NCBI GenBank assembly: GCA_964057225.1
Contig: OZ059896.1
Location: 15,810,001 to 15,874,000, forward strand
Source of the DNA: Auanema rhodensis
Taxonomy: Eukaryota; Animalia; Nematoda
Length of the DNA stretch: 64,000 bases
Reading direction: 5' to 3'
Of the stretch, positions 11,560 to 23,506 are shown piece after piece. The notes beneath the pieces were generated by a model, which worked only from the letters and a program-made list of their open reading frames with translations, did not search any database and was not told where the DNA came from. The position numbers and the translations under genes are program-made. Numbering within the stretch: position 1 is the first letter of the stretch; each line of letters starts with the position of its first letter.

Positions 11560-14500
11560 CTAAGCATAGAGCTCTCTCTCCTGATCATAACATAACTGAT
11601 ATGCGGTCCTTATTAGATTGTATGGGAAGCAAGCTTCGAGAACATCCATTGTTAACCAATCAGATTTGATTACCAACTAAATGTTAAGTTTATGAATGAT
11701 GAATTTATAAAAAGAAAACCTGTTCGAGCATGATATAAAGTGCCGCCTGATGTTTTGATATCTCGTCCATTCCTTCATTCTCATGTGCATTACGAAGTAT
11801 TCCACTAGATGCTAACTGAAACAGAAACTTCGGGTTAAAAGAAAAGCACAACGGATTGCAACCGCAAGGAATTCTTTTAGTCTGTGTTGAATATCTTGCC
11901 GTCCATGCAAGAAAAACAGGGCACCCGTGATAGTTGTAATTGCTAATGGAATGCAATGAGAGTTATTAAGACTCCCTAAATAGTATTACCATTTGGATTT
12001 TGAAAAAGAAAAATCTCACCTTTAATGCTTGGTTTATACATTGAATTTTCACTTAAAGCTAATTTAGGAAGCGATACCGCTATTGCCACCAACAACAAGC
12101 ATGAGAGGAGGTAAAACTCATCGGGTTGAAGATGAGAGGTTTGAGCTCTCATAGCATTTACTAAAGCCATATCTACAGTGCATTTCATTCCCATTGCTGC
12201 AGCTAGTTCTGCTACCATCTTTAAATTAAAATTATACTAGTTGAATCTTTAACAAGCAATATTACAGTTTTGCCGTTAGTATCTAGAGATTGATACAAAT
12301 CATTGAACGATGCAACCATAAATGGTAGTCTTTGTTCAACAATTTGTTGTAAAGCAGCTTGTAAAGCATCTCTGAACATGAAAATTTGACCCATAATGGC
12401 GGTACGTTGTAGAATACAATCTGCAGGACTTGAGTTGGGTTGAGACTAAAAAAACCAGTTTGAGTGTGAAGAAAAGAGATTCTTACTTTGTGTCCTTTTG
12501 GCTCCATACTTAGAATGGACAGCACTTCTTTCATTTTTTCTACATTGTCAAACTGAGTTCTAGCAGTGTGTAGTTGTTCCTTATGTGTAATCACTATCTT
12601 AAAAGGATTTGAATAAGAATCTGATAATGGTATTACAAACCTTGTGTAGTTCGTTAATTTGGCAAGCAACATGCCAGGTTAGTCTTTCCGAAAAGTAATT
12701 CACTCCATAAGGACCAATTAATTGAGCTAGACATCTTAACTCGAGTGGATCAGTATATTGTTCGGGTTGAAAAGGATTCATATCAGCATAGGATACCATA
12801 GCTTGCAAATGATCACTCCATACCATGCTACCAGTAGCAGCTCGTCGAAGTACAACATCAAGGTACCTAAATATATAAGATTAAATTGAATTTTGAAAAT
12901 AAGAAAAACCATTTTGAATAGATGAAAGTTAATGTTTCTTTATTCCTTGAATCCAATGGTTGCGTTTGTTGAAGTAACGCATTGTTGAAAAGACGAGTGA
13001 TATCAACAGTAACTGAAAAAAACAGTTGAAGTAAAAGAAAATAAAGGGAGATCATACTGCAAGTATCAATGTTCTGAAGTACAGCCATATAAGCTTGAAC
13101 AACCATAAGCAATTCAGAAGGACGTCTGGGAGTTGCTGAAAAAAAACATAGATTTCATGATTAACTGAATTCACTAACAATCAACAACTGCCATGGAATG
13201 AATAAGGTCAGAGAATTTGTATTCTAAATGTTGCGAAAGATACTCGCGTGGAGCAAAGATATGATCCGAAACAATAAGTTGTCGCTGTTGCACTAGCCCA
13301 GCGCATAGTTCAACTGAAAAATAACAATAAAAACATTGAAAAAGCAAATAAATAAACTTAATGTAGTCTGTAACTTATCCGGATACGTCAATCTTTGTCT
13401 ATCCGATCTATAACTTTCTTCACCAGCTAATAAAATTTCAGTTTGTGGTACAGATTTTCCACCTTTAGTTTTTTGCATTTGTTGAGCAATCATTAAAGCA
13501 ACCTAGAAATGAAGAATAGAAAAATATTATCAATATTAAGAGATATTACCTGCGTAGCACTAGTTTGTTCAGCCAATCTCAACTCATATTCACATAATGC
13601 ACCAACAACGTCTGTTGTCGTACGACATATATCATCTAAGATTGTTATACAAGTTCCGAGAGACTGAAAATATTATTTTAAAAAGATTAAACTAGCATTA
13701 CCCACTCTGTCAATAATATGATTTTTCTCTTCAGGACACATGTCATGTAATGTACTCACGAAATGTGAACATATCCGAGCAAAAGCTAGGGTAAAACGAG
13801 ACTGTGAAGGTAAAGATAAACTTGCTTGCCACTGTCGCTCAAATTCTCGGGGGTAGAAACTTCAAATAAATACATAAAAAGATTCAAAATGGTAAGCGAG
13901 CATACCAATAAATACTTAGGTCACTAGTTTCCTTGATCATTTCGTCTTGTAGATCTACCATTTTAAGATGGAATGTATTCATATTCATAACAACGGCTGT
14001 TTTCCTGTTGTTTAAAAGGTTGAAAGAACTCTTAGCCATTGATGTTCGGGCCTATAAATGTTAGTTTAAACTTGTCACATATAAAATTATTTTAGTAAAG
14101 TCATGCAGCAACCGATCTAGAAGCACAAAAATAACAATGCGCGAAGTTATTCGAATAACGTAAGCAACAAGAAGAAGATTGAAACTATTAAAACAATTAA
14201 TTAAACTAAAACTTGGCTTACTTGGAATCGGAACCAATCTAATCTAAGAGCTCTTAAATCAGTATCGGAATTGATATTGGAAATAGAATTAGAAAAATCG
14301 TGCAATAATATAGAATCGTCTCCAGATAAATTGTTTAATGTAGATAGTAATTCTCTAGTTACAATAGCATCATTGCTAGCCACATACTTAAAAAAAAATT
14401 TTGTTTACAAAAATTCTTTTTTTTTCTTGATAACCTTTAGATGATATCTTTGAATCACTCCACTATGTTTTATAACTAACTGTCTTAGCTCTTCCATGTA

Positions 14501-16175
14501 AAACAAAAGTTCCGGTAATTGCTTATCAATTAGCTCATCAGCACCCTTGCTTCCTTTTTTAGAAGAGGGCCATTCACTCAAATGGCGTAAAAGCCAAAGA
14601 ACCTATATAGAAATTTAACTGCTATGAAAAACAGCCTATAATACCTCATCTCTACTGAACGACAGTCCCATCCAAACAAACAAGATCTTTGGACCTAATA
14701 AACCAGGTTGATCTTTAAGCAACAAAGTAAGTTCTCTCAAAGCGGAACGTAAAAATAATCGTCGATCAGCATGAATTGCAGCACTGAAACATTTCGATGT
14801 ATGTGCCTAAGCTATGACAAACTACCATTCTAGTAAAGCTACTGAATAATATTCCTTAACTTCCTGAGATCGTTTATGCAACCCTTTAAAGGAATCAAAA
14901 AAATGTTGTAATTCCTGATGCATTAGAAAAACCTTTAAAACAACTAATTATGAATAATTTTTGGTATTTATCATACCTCATCACGAAACACCCGAGCACA
15001 TATGCCCATTTTTAATGTTAACTGCCATAAGCTATATATAGTTGGATCATTTAAAAGTGATGAATGACAAATTGTTCCACAATCTGAATAACTTAAACAC
15101 TTCACAAAGTAAATCTAACTAACTTACAAACTATCCACCTATCCATCACATCTAACGAGAGGTATTCACAAGCCATCTTAAAACAGGAAATCATTTAAGA
15201 CCAATTCAAGTACGTACTGTTTCTGTTTGAGCAGCAAAAAGAATTTGCTGGGGATTGGCAGTTAGAGATAAAACTTGGGCTCCTCTCCAATCATTGGCAG
15301 TAATATTCCTCCGCCAATACACAGGTGACAAGGAAACCAAAGCAGAATGCATTAACTGAACTTATTTGTATTTTATTACATTATTCATTAAACATACCCT
15401 ATTAAGAGGTCCTAAGTCCTCGGTAAGTTTTTTTAAAGGATGTTCGTAATCCAAAATCATTTGTCCTAATCGTGGAAAAGAAGCTTCGCTTTGACCATTA
15501 GATAAGTCATAAGCAGCGTTGAAGAGACCTATCATACAGATACAAACAAAATTTTCACTTGAATCCTACCTAATACTACTTTTCTGTCATCGATTCTAGA
15601 TAATAAAATCATCAAGGAAATCATGTTTACCACTAAATTCAAATATCCAGAAGTCAACTCATAGTTCAGTGACTAAATATGGAGATTTAATGCTAAATTA
15701 GAAAAGTAGAGATTACAATATCTAATTGGCATTGACAGGCATCCATTGTTGTCAACAACTGAAGTATATTCTCTTTCAAATCCATCAGATCAGCAAAAGT
15801 ATAATAGTACAATGAAAGGGATCTCATAATTTCATCTTTCATGGAAGCAGCATATGAGAAAGTTGACTAAACGTTCACTGTTAAAAATGAGTGAATTGGA
15901 AATGTTCACCATGTTGTTTCTGGTATCGACTATTGGGAATTTCTTCAAGATATGTTTGATAGCTCCCTCCATCTGTTTGTCCAAAAGAAACTGAGGTTTG
16001 GCCTTCGAATCTAAATTCACAGTCACAATTGTACTAAACCTCAAGCATTAGTCATACCAGCAGCACATCCTTTTTTAATATTATAAAGACGAGTTAGCAT
16101 TCCAGCTGCCCGATCATTTAAAATCACTAGCTTTTCAGCTATTTTTAATTGACTTGGTTCCATTTTAAAAGCCAT
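11560..16175 (-). CDS. gex-3: NCKAP1/Nap1/HEM-2, WAVE regulatory complex subunit; more than 20 exons
   Basis: The spliced protein [35 protein letters not shown]...[26 protein letters not shown]...[12 protein letters not shown]...YLDVVLRRA...[28 protein letters not shown] matches recalled C. elegans GEX-3 along its whole length. The introns checked are GT-AG. Confidence 0.96.
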
Positions 16176-16720
16176 AATGACGGCTTATTCCGCAAAGCGG
16201 AATGTGAGAAAATTCTTTTCTAAAACATTAGATAATTAATACATAACATGTCATGACTTTCATTTGAGAGTTAATATTAACTCTAAAGTACAATTTCCAA
16301 TTTTTAATTTTGAAAAATTATTCTTTAAAAATTAATTTTTAAGAATTAAATTGTATTTTCAAATCAAGTTTCAGAAAGTTATGTTTTTGAACGCGGTTAA
16401 AGGTCTAATATTATTGCGCGAAAAAAATCCCGTAACGACTGCAATGCTACAGTACCTTAAGAAGATAACAACGTTTTAGATTCGTTAAAAATTTTTTACT
16501 ATGTCCTAAAACAAGTCGCTTTCAATGTATTCGACATCGATGTATTATTTCATTTGCTTTTGCTTTCTTATTTATATAATGAGTTTAGTATTTAGTAAAT
16601 GTTCTTTCGAAGGAAAAAAAAACAGTATATTCGATCATTCTTTCGTTCAATTATTTTATAATCGTGACTTGTTGTTTTTTCGCAAAACCGTTTTTTTAAT
16701 ATATTTTCTTACAGGTAAGA
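16176..16720. promoter_or_regulatory. Divergent (bidirectional) promoter region between gex-3 and rps-25, including the rps-25 outron and trans-splice acceptor
   Basis: The two ATGs are head to head and 545 bp apart. A CpG-richer core lies at about 16390-16460 (CGCGG, TTGCGCG, CTACAGTA). A T-rich outron ends in TTACAG|GTAAGA ATG. Confidence 0.6.
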
Positions 16721-17126
16721 ATGCCACCCAAGGCAAAGAAATCTGACCCCAAGGGAGGAAAGGCTCCTCCATCCAAGAAGAAGGAGGGCTCCGGAGGAAA
16801 AGCCAAGAAGAAGAAGTGGTCCAAGGGAAAGGTCAGAGATAAGCTTAACAATATGGTACTCTTTGACCAAGCTACCTATGACAAGCTCTACAAGGAAGTA
16901 AGAACTTTATAATAATGGCAATTTTTCTAATATACAAACTCAGGTTATCACCTACAAGCTCATCACACCATCCGTTGTATCCGAGCGTCTGAAGGTTCGT
17001 GCTTCTCTTGCCAAGGCCGGTCTTCGTGAGATGCAAGCTAAGGGACTCATCAAATGCATTGTCCACCACGGTGGCCAACTCGTCTACACCAGAGCCACCA
17101 AGGAAGCTGATGTAATTGTTGAGTAA
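16721..17126 (+). CDS. rps-25: 40S ribosomal protein S25 (eS25); exons 16721-16897 and 16944-17126
   Basis: Protein reads [14 protein letters not shown]...[54 protein letters not shown]...[16 protein letters not shown]. There is one 46-nt GT-AG intron, and codon usage is C/G-ending as in highly expressed genes. Confidence 0.98.
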
Positions 17127-17272
17127 ATGTTGTTAATTGTTTCGGTGTTTATAGTGCATAAACATCTTTACTATATATATATTTAATATGTTCTTTTTTA
17201 TACATGGGAAATTGTCACGAGTACTTTAATACGAATGCATTGAAAACTAGGGAGCAATACAAGACTTTATAG

Positions 17273-19204
17273 ATGTTTATATTCCGGGTGCTTAACACAG
17301 TTCCATATAGTAATCAGGCAGGCGCTAAAGATATAGTAGCTAGTGTTCATTCGTTCTTCACATGCAACTTGTTAGTTGGCTTAGCAGTGCTTGTTTCATG
17401 GAAACAATTTGGGGGAAAACCAATAGAATGTATGGTTCCTACTGATTTTACAAGTGCTTGGGTTCAGGTAGTTTTGATTTCCCAGGCTTTGAAATTTTCT
17501 ATTTAAGTATGCTGAGAACTTTTGCTGGGCGCAAGAAACTTACTATGTTCCCTTCACCGATCCTCTTGTATCAGAGGGAAAAATTAGGTCTGAAGCTCCG
17601 AAGGTATATAAGCATTAACTGTAGTGTTAATGTGAATCATTAAGATATCCTACTATCAATGGATGCCGTTTTTTTTGTTATTTGAAGCCGCATGTTTTAA
17701 ACTTCCATGTTTAATATGGAAATATTTCAGTAGTCAAAGTGGTATTAGGTTGATTATATTAAAAAGTTGATCATTTTATTAAGGCATGCGCGTAGGAGAA
17801 ATTCTAAGATTATCTAGTGACGATCATAATACAGTTCCTGAAGTGAAAAAAGCCAACATTGATTCTTTATGTTTCCATTTACAAGGTGCTCTTCGTTTTC
17901 AGAAAAGACTCAAGAAGGTTCTTTACCAAATAAAACTTTAAAAATAATATCGTTTCTAGAGAAGTTTGGTCCCACATAAAGTATTACGATTTTTAAACAT
18001 CAAATATTCTACTTATTATGTGGTCTTCATATATTTTCTTGCAAAATTTGCATTTCTGCTAAACGTAGGTTTGCAATCAAAACTGTTGAACAGGTGAACT
18101 TCTTTATACAATATTGTTATAATTAAAAAGTAATGTAGTTATCTGTTGAATAACGGTGATTCTGAAGCACTTACTAATTATGGTTTTGATATATGGTATT
18201 CTCTACTTCATGGAAATACTACCTGGAAAACCAGTGGGCTCTTCCCTCGTGTCACTTTATGTGATTTTGAAGTTTGTAATTTCTCTGTATTATTGATAGT
18301 TCTTATTTTAGGTGCGGGAGATGGGCAACATCCAGAAGCACACTGTCCAGTGTGTTCTATTACTTAATGTTTTCACCGAAAAAATTTTTATTGTATTGTG
18401 GGCATGGTCATCACACTAGTTAGTATTCATTATTGAACATTTTGTTTTAGGTATCTGATTCTAGCAGCATTTACCACTTGCAATCTCTTTAGTTGGGCTT
18501 TTGTAATCTTCAGTGAAACTTCCAAAGAACACTTTATTATTAACCATTTGGAGATGTGTGAAACACCATTTGATAGGACAAGTGCAGGTGAGTTCGCTTT
18601 GGCATAATTCTCTTATCATGCTAACAATCATTTATAGAAAACCAGAAGCATGTCGATTGTTTTATTGATCATTATTTGGGTCTAGATGGAATTCTGCTTT
18701 TAGAGCTTATCGGTCAGCACGCAGATGTTGTATTTACTACAGAATTGATTGGAGCGTTATGGAAAAGTCATTATGCTGTGGAAGAACAGCGAAAGTAACT
18801 ATATACAATGTTGGAAACATAACAACAACTAAATCTTCAGAATGCTCAAAGAATTAGACACGTTGTTACCGAAAAAATCTATAGTAGTAGTAGATACCAG
18901 TGGACCTACCTCTCCTGATGCACCACGCATTCGCAATCCTCGGGTATGTTTTAAGTATTTCGTAATAGTAGCCTAACATGAACGTTGTGGGCTTACAATT
19001 TTTCTAATACTATTTTTTCCTTTTTAGGCGTCTTTGGCTGGACCAACGCTCAAAAGAACTACAAGTTTTGACGACGCTGAACTTACTGCAAAGAAGTTTG
19101 ATGATAGTAGTGATGAGGATACATCAAAAAACACAACCAGGCACACTACCCCTGAACATTGTAATTCCAAGAAATCAAGTATTGGAAGCAAAAAAAAAAT
19201 TTAA
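17273..19204 (+). CDS. inx-7: Innexin gap-junction protein; 11 exons
   Basis: The N-terminus [28 protein letters not shown] is nearly identical to recalled INX-7. Innexin motifs present: [36 protein letters not shown] and [17 protein letters not shown]. The C-terminal [10 protein letters not shown] segment is also INX-7-like. Confidence 0.93.
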
Positions 19205-19356
19205 GTTAATCACTTTTCAATTTGTATATTGATTGTAATTAGTGCTTCTATTAATTTATATGCATAATCTCATAATTCTGAACTTACAATTCGCTTTAAT
19301 TTTATCCTTACACGCTTTATACTTTTGTATTTTCTCAGGTCTTTAGTATTAACTGT

Positions 19357-19545
19357 TGATAAGTCCTCACTTTGCTCAATTCTTACATTGTTATCGTATA
19401 ATACAAACTCTGGTCCTATTATCTAACGAATGAGCTTCATTCGTACTCTTCTTAATGGATTTTCATATACATGTAACGATAATATATATTTTTTTAACAG
19501 ATAACATTACTTGTGCTTTTATCTGTAAAAAAAAACTTTTGATAA
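19357..19545. promoter_or_regulatory. Cluster of GATA sites upstream of the UGT (intestinal ELT-2-type promoter)
   Basis: TGATAA at 19357 and 19540, AGATAA at 19499, and TTATCT at 19419 and 19519, all within 300 bp of the ATG. Confidence 0.5.
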
Positions 19546-19640
19546 GATGTTTTATAAATTCTTAATACATCTTTTGGTTTATTATTTGAAAGCTAACTGA
19601 AATGTGGTCACCTTGTAAGTTTCTAATAACGAAAGGAAAT

Positions 19641-21720
19641 ATGAAGAACTTAGTTGTGGTTTTTATTTTTCTGTATATCCTTAACCCGTGTGTTTCTCAT
19701 AAAATATTATTTTTCAATCCAACATTATCCCGTTCTCATATGATATCTAACGGACGAATAGCTGATGAACTTGTCAAAGCTGGACACGAAGTAGTGAGTT
19801 TTAAGCAAAATTTCGCTTTAACGAATTCAATTTAGGTTTTATTTGAACCTGATTTTCTTTTTATTGTTAAAAACTTGAACATTTCTAAGTACGCTCGACG
19901 ATGGGCCGTTCATAACTTCACATCGACATATTTGAATTCTCTTAATAGTAAAACTTTTAATGAGAAACATCATATGCTCTAAACTTTCAGCTTTTACTAG
20001 AATGGACATATTAGGAGATGGAGATTATCTAAGTGATAGTTCAGTTCTTTATAAATACGGGAAATCTTTCAATCTGATGTGCAAAGGTTGTCAATTTTAC
20101 AATTACGCATTGCGCTCAATTGCTCGAAGATATTGAAATTTATTTGAACAATGGTTTGCAGATCTCATCAACAGCGATGATATCATGAATCAGTTAAGAG
20201 CAGAAAAATTTGAAGCATATTTTGGAGAGCAAGTAAATCTTTGTGGTAATGGTCTTGCCCATGCTTTGGGAATTAAAATCCAATTTTGGGTTAACAGGTA
20301 TTTTCATAATCGTCATGTTTTCCTGGTTGTTGGAAGAAAATCTTGCAGCTGTCCCATGGCCGAAGGACAAACTTGGACAATTGGGCTTCCAGTTCCCTTG
20401 TCTTATGTTCCAGCTGGTATAAACCTGGATATGGATTTACATCCCTCATATTTCAAAAGAATTGAAAATATTTTGTTCTCTTCGGCATTGTATTTTTTTT
20501 CTCGACTGATCAACAGCGAGCTGACTTCAATCTTTCGACAAAAGTTTGGGTCAGTTTGCTCAAGACAAAGGCTCGTATGAATTATCTTTGCAGTGATGAT
20601 TTCCCGGATGTTGAAGATATTGTCAAGAACTCAGATATTGTCTTTGTGTCAACAGACGAATTTGTGGAGCTTCCCAGACCTACATTGCCTAATATTGTTC
20701 ACATAGGTGGGCTTGGCGTTACGGATGACGCTGGTGAAATGGGAGAAGTTTGACAAAATTGAAGAGTTATCAGAAAGTGCATTTTAAGAATTTTAAAAAG
20801 GAAATGGCAAAAGGTAAAAAGGGGGTTGTATTATTTTCGCTTGGAACTATTGTGAATACTACCAATCTTCCTTCTATCGCTATGGACTCAATAAGAGATA
20901 CAGCTAAACACTACACGGACTATCATTTTCTTGTCAGAATAGACAAATTTGATAACGTAAGTTCTGAAAAAAAACTGCGAATCGTATACATATACTATAG
21001 TATGCTAGAAAAATAGCAGCTGTAACTGATAACCTAGCAGTTTATGATTGGCTACCTCAACCAGCAATTTTGCGTAGGTTCCAAAGTTCACAAATTTACA
21101 ATTAAAAAATAAATCTATAGTGCATCCTCGTCTAAGAGCATTTATCACACATGCTGGTTATAATGGAATTATGGAAGCTGCTCGAGCTGGAACTCCTTTA
21201 ATAACTATACCTTTTCTATTTGACCAAACTAGGTGGAATCACAATCCTAACTATTTATTATCTTGCCAATTATCTTCCAGGAATAGCCGTGTAGTTCAAA
21301 TGTCAGGTTGGGGTGTGATTGTACGAAGACAGACACTACGTGAAGGACCAAAACATTTAATTGAAGGATTAGGAAAAGTTTTAGGAGATGAAAAGTGTGT
21401 TGATGAAATAAAAACCTTCTCAAACTTTTTTAAGGTACAAGCAAGCAGCTATGCGAATACGAAACCTGGTTCGTAACAAACCTTTTAATGCTAGTGAACG
21501 CCTTACGCAGTATACAAATTTCGTGCTGTCAAATGGAGGCATGAAGGAATTGCTTGTTGAAGGAAGGAATCTCAGTTTAATTCAATATTATAACTTAGAT
21601 ATTCTAGTGCCATTTGCATTTGTTATTTTCATCATACTATTCGTAATTATTCGCTCGTTGTTTACTTTTATTCAGCTGTTAATACGTAGTCAGGGTCAGC
21701 TAAAAACGAAAACAGATTAA
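19641..21720 (+). CDS. UDP-glucuronosyl/glucosyltransferase (UGT family)
   Basis: A signal peptide is followed by KILFFNPTLSRSHM and ADELVKAGHEV. The UGT signature WLPQPAILLHPRLRAFITHAGYNGIMEAARAGTPLITIPFLFDQ is present. The C-terminus has QYYNLDI, a TM helix and a KTKTD* ER-retention-like end. Confidence 0.95.
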
Positions 21721-23506
21721 ACTAATAAAAGACCATAATTTTAAAATTTTATAAATAAATTGACGTGTCTATATTTAAATTTGAAACTCTATATGAATTC
21801 TGATATAATGTGAAACCAAAAGTTATTTCCAAGTAACTAATCTGATAACAGATTCTATAGCAAGTTAGAATTTTCTTATGAATTGAATCATCCGTTTCGC
21901 GCTAGATATCTTATTCAAGTTTAACTATACATAGTTCAATAAGATATAATATTGTAATGAGTTTTTTCTTAGAAGCTTTCAGTTTTCATGGAAAATAGAC
22001 TTCATCATTCCAAGAAATTATTAAATGCCTTTTATGAATGTCTGAAGCACATCATATATTATTGTTGTTAGAATACTCAAAGCAGACAAGATTCAAATGA
22101 AGTTGTCGGGCTATTACGCTTTCGTTTGCCGGAATTATTTAGTGTTGGTGAACCTGCAGCTAAATTAATATAATTTGCTAGCAGTCTTCTAAAATACGTA
22201 AGATTAATAAAGATACTTCTCTTTTCATCACGAACTCGCAACATTTTGCTCTTAGTTGAACTTTGTCATTTTTTTGTTTTAATGTTAGCATCAAACATTC
22301 TAATTTTAAAATAATCCACGCGTTAAATACCCACGTGACGTAAGAAAAGCTACGTGAGGTGATTACTACGAACTAAAATTATTTATTTTAACACTTACGA
22401 AGTCAGCGAACGGTTGTTTTTAGTGAGAATTTCTTTTATTTCCGAAAAGGTTCAGACATCTGCATTTGAAATTAAGGCTTTGTTCATGGTATGTCGCTTT
22501 CCTATTTTATATTTATATACGCTTGATATTTTTCGAGAATGTATGAGTTACTTGTTAATTATTCACTCTTCTCATTAATTAGAAAATGTTAGTCACATCT
22601 GGAGTGACCTTCAAATTTCATTTTCCATAACCTCGATCGGTTTCCAATATATTGACGGAAACTTTTAATATTGTTTTCAATCCTGGAAAGCTATATTGTT
22701 TGATTTTGTTAACGAAAAAACCCTGAATCATTAATTTCATTCCTAATATGTTTCTTGCTGTCATTGAGAGGCCGATAAACCGAACAAATCGAAGATCGAT
22801 AGGCTGTTATTTGACTGCAACGGGCACATTGGATGATTCGTCTGGGTCCGTTAAAGCGCGACCCGCCCTCATATTGAGTTGCGTTCCTTCTCGCTTACTA
22901 TTTTTGTTAAAAAAAAATAAAACCTTAAAATAAAACTAAATCAAACTTGATTGGAGGATCACGAGTTTAACGCATGATGCGCTCAGATCGCAGTCCGCAG
23001 AATGGCGATTGTGCGTTGTGTGCAGCTCTTGTGCGTATTTACTCATCGCATTTCAAACTAGCCATTCTCGCCCCCTTTTCTTTTTAATAGGCAATTGATA
23101 CTTTTCTGAGCTTTTATAATTTTGTTTTTCGTTGTTCCTTTTTTGTTTGATGTGTATTCATCCTATATTACGAAGATAACTTGTAACTGTGACCTAAATT
23201 AACATTATGAATGATTGACGAACTATCCTATGGAAGCTGGTGCGTCATTCAACTTCTCACAGCCAACGAGAAGTGACAATGACGATGACGATGGGTCAAC
23301 AGTCAACGAACTTCCCCTATTTGCTCATTCTGTAGAACTTTATGTTTTTTGTAAGGTAACTGTGCTTTCAGTTGAATCATCACACGGCTGTGTCCATATC
23401 TTCCTGGTTACTTATGTTAAAGCTTTTTAATTTGTTTCATTTCTCTTTTTTTCCAATTTCAATGCGGAGGTGTACTGATCAATAATTTTATTGTGTTTGC
23501 AGTTGA

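Noticed and set aside
19205-19640. UGT as a third gene of the rps-25/inx-7 operon
   Set aside because: The gap is 436 bp and contains its own GATA cluster, favouring an independent promoter.
21986-22243. Small minus-strand ORF containing SGKRKRNSP, divergent from the PTP promoter
   Set aside because: It is under 60 codons, needs a weak splice model, and has no recognisable homology.
22976-23055. C/D snoRNA reading on the minus strand (CGATGA...CTGA)
   Set aside because: Box C is imperfect, there is no terminal stem in the correct register, and no rRNA guide is recognisable.
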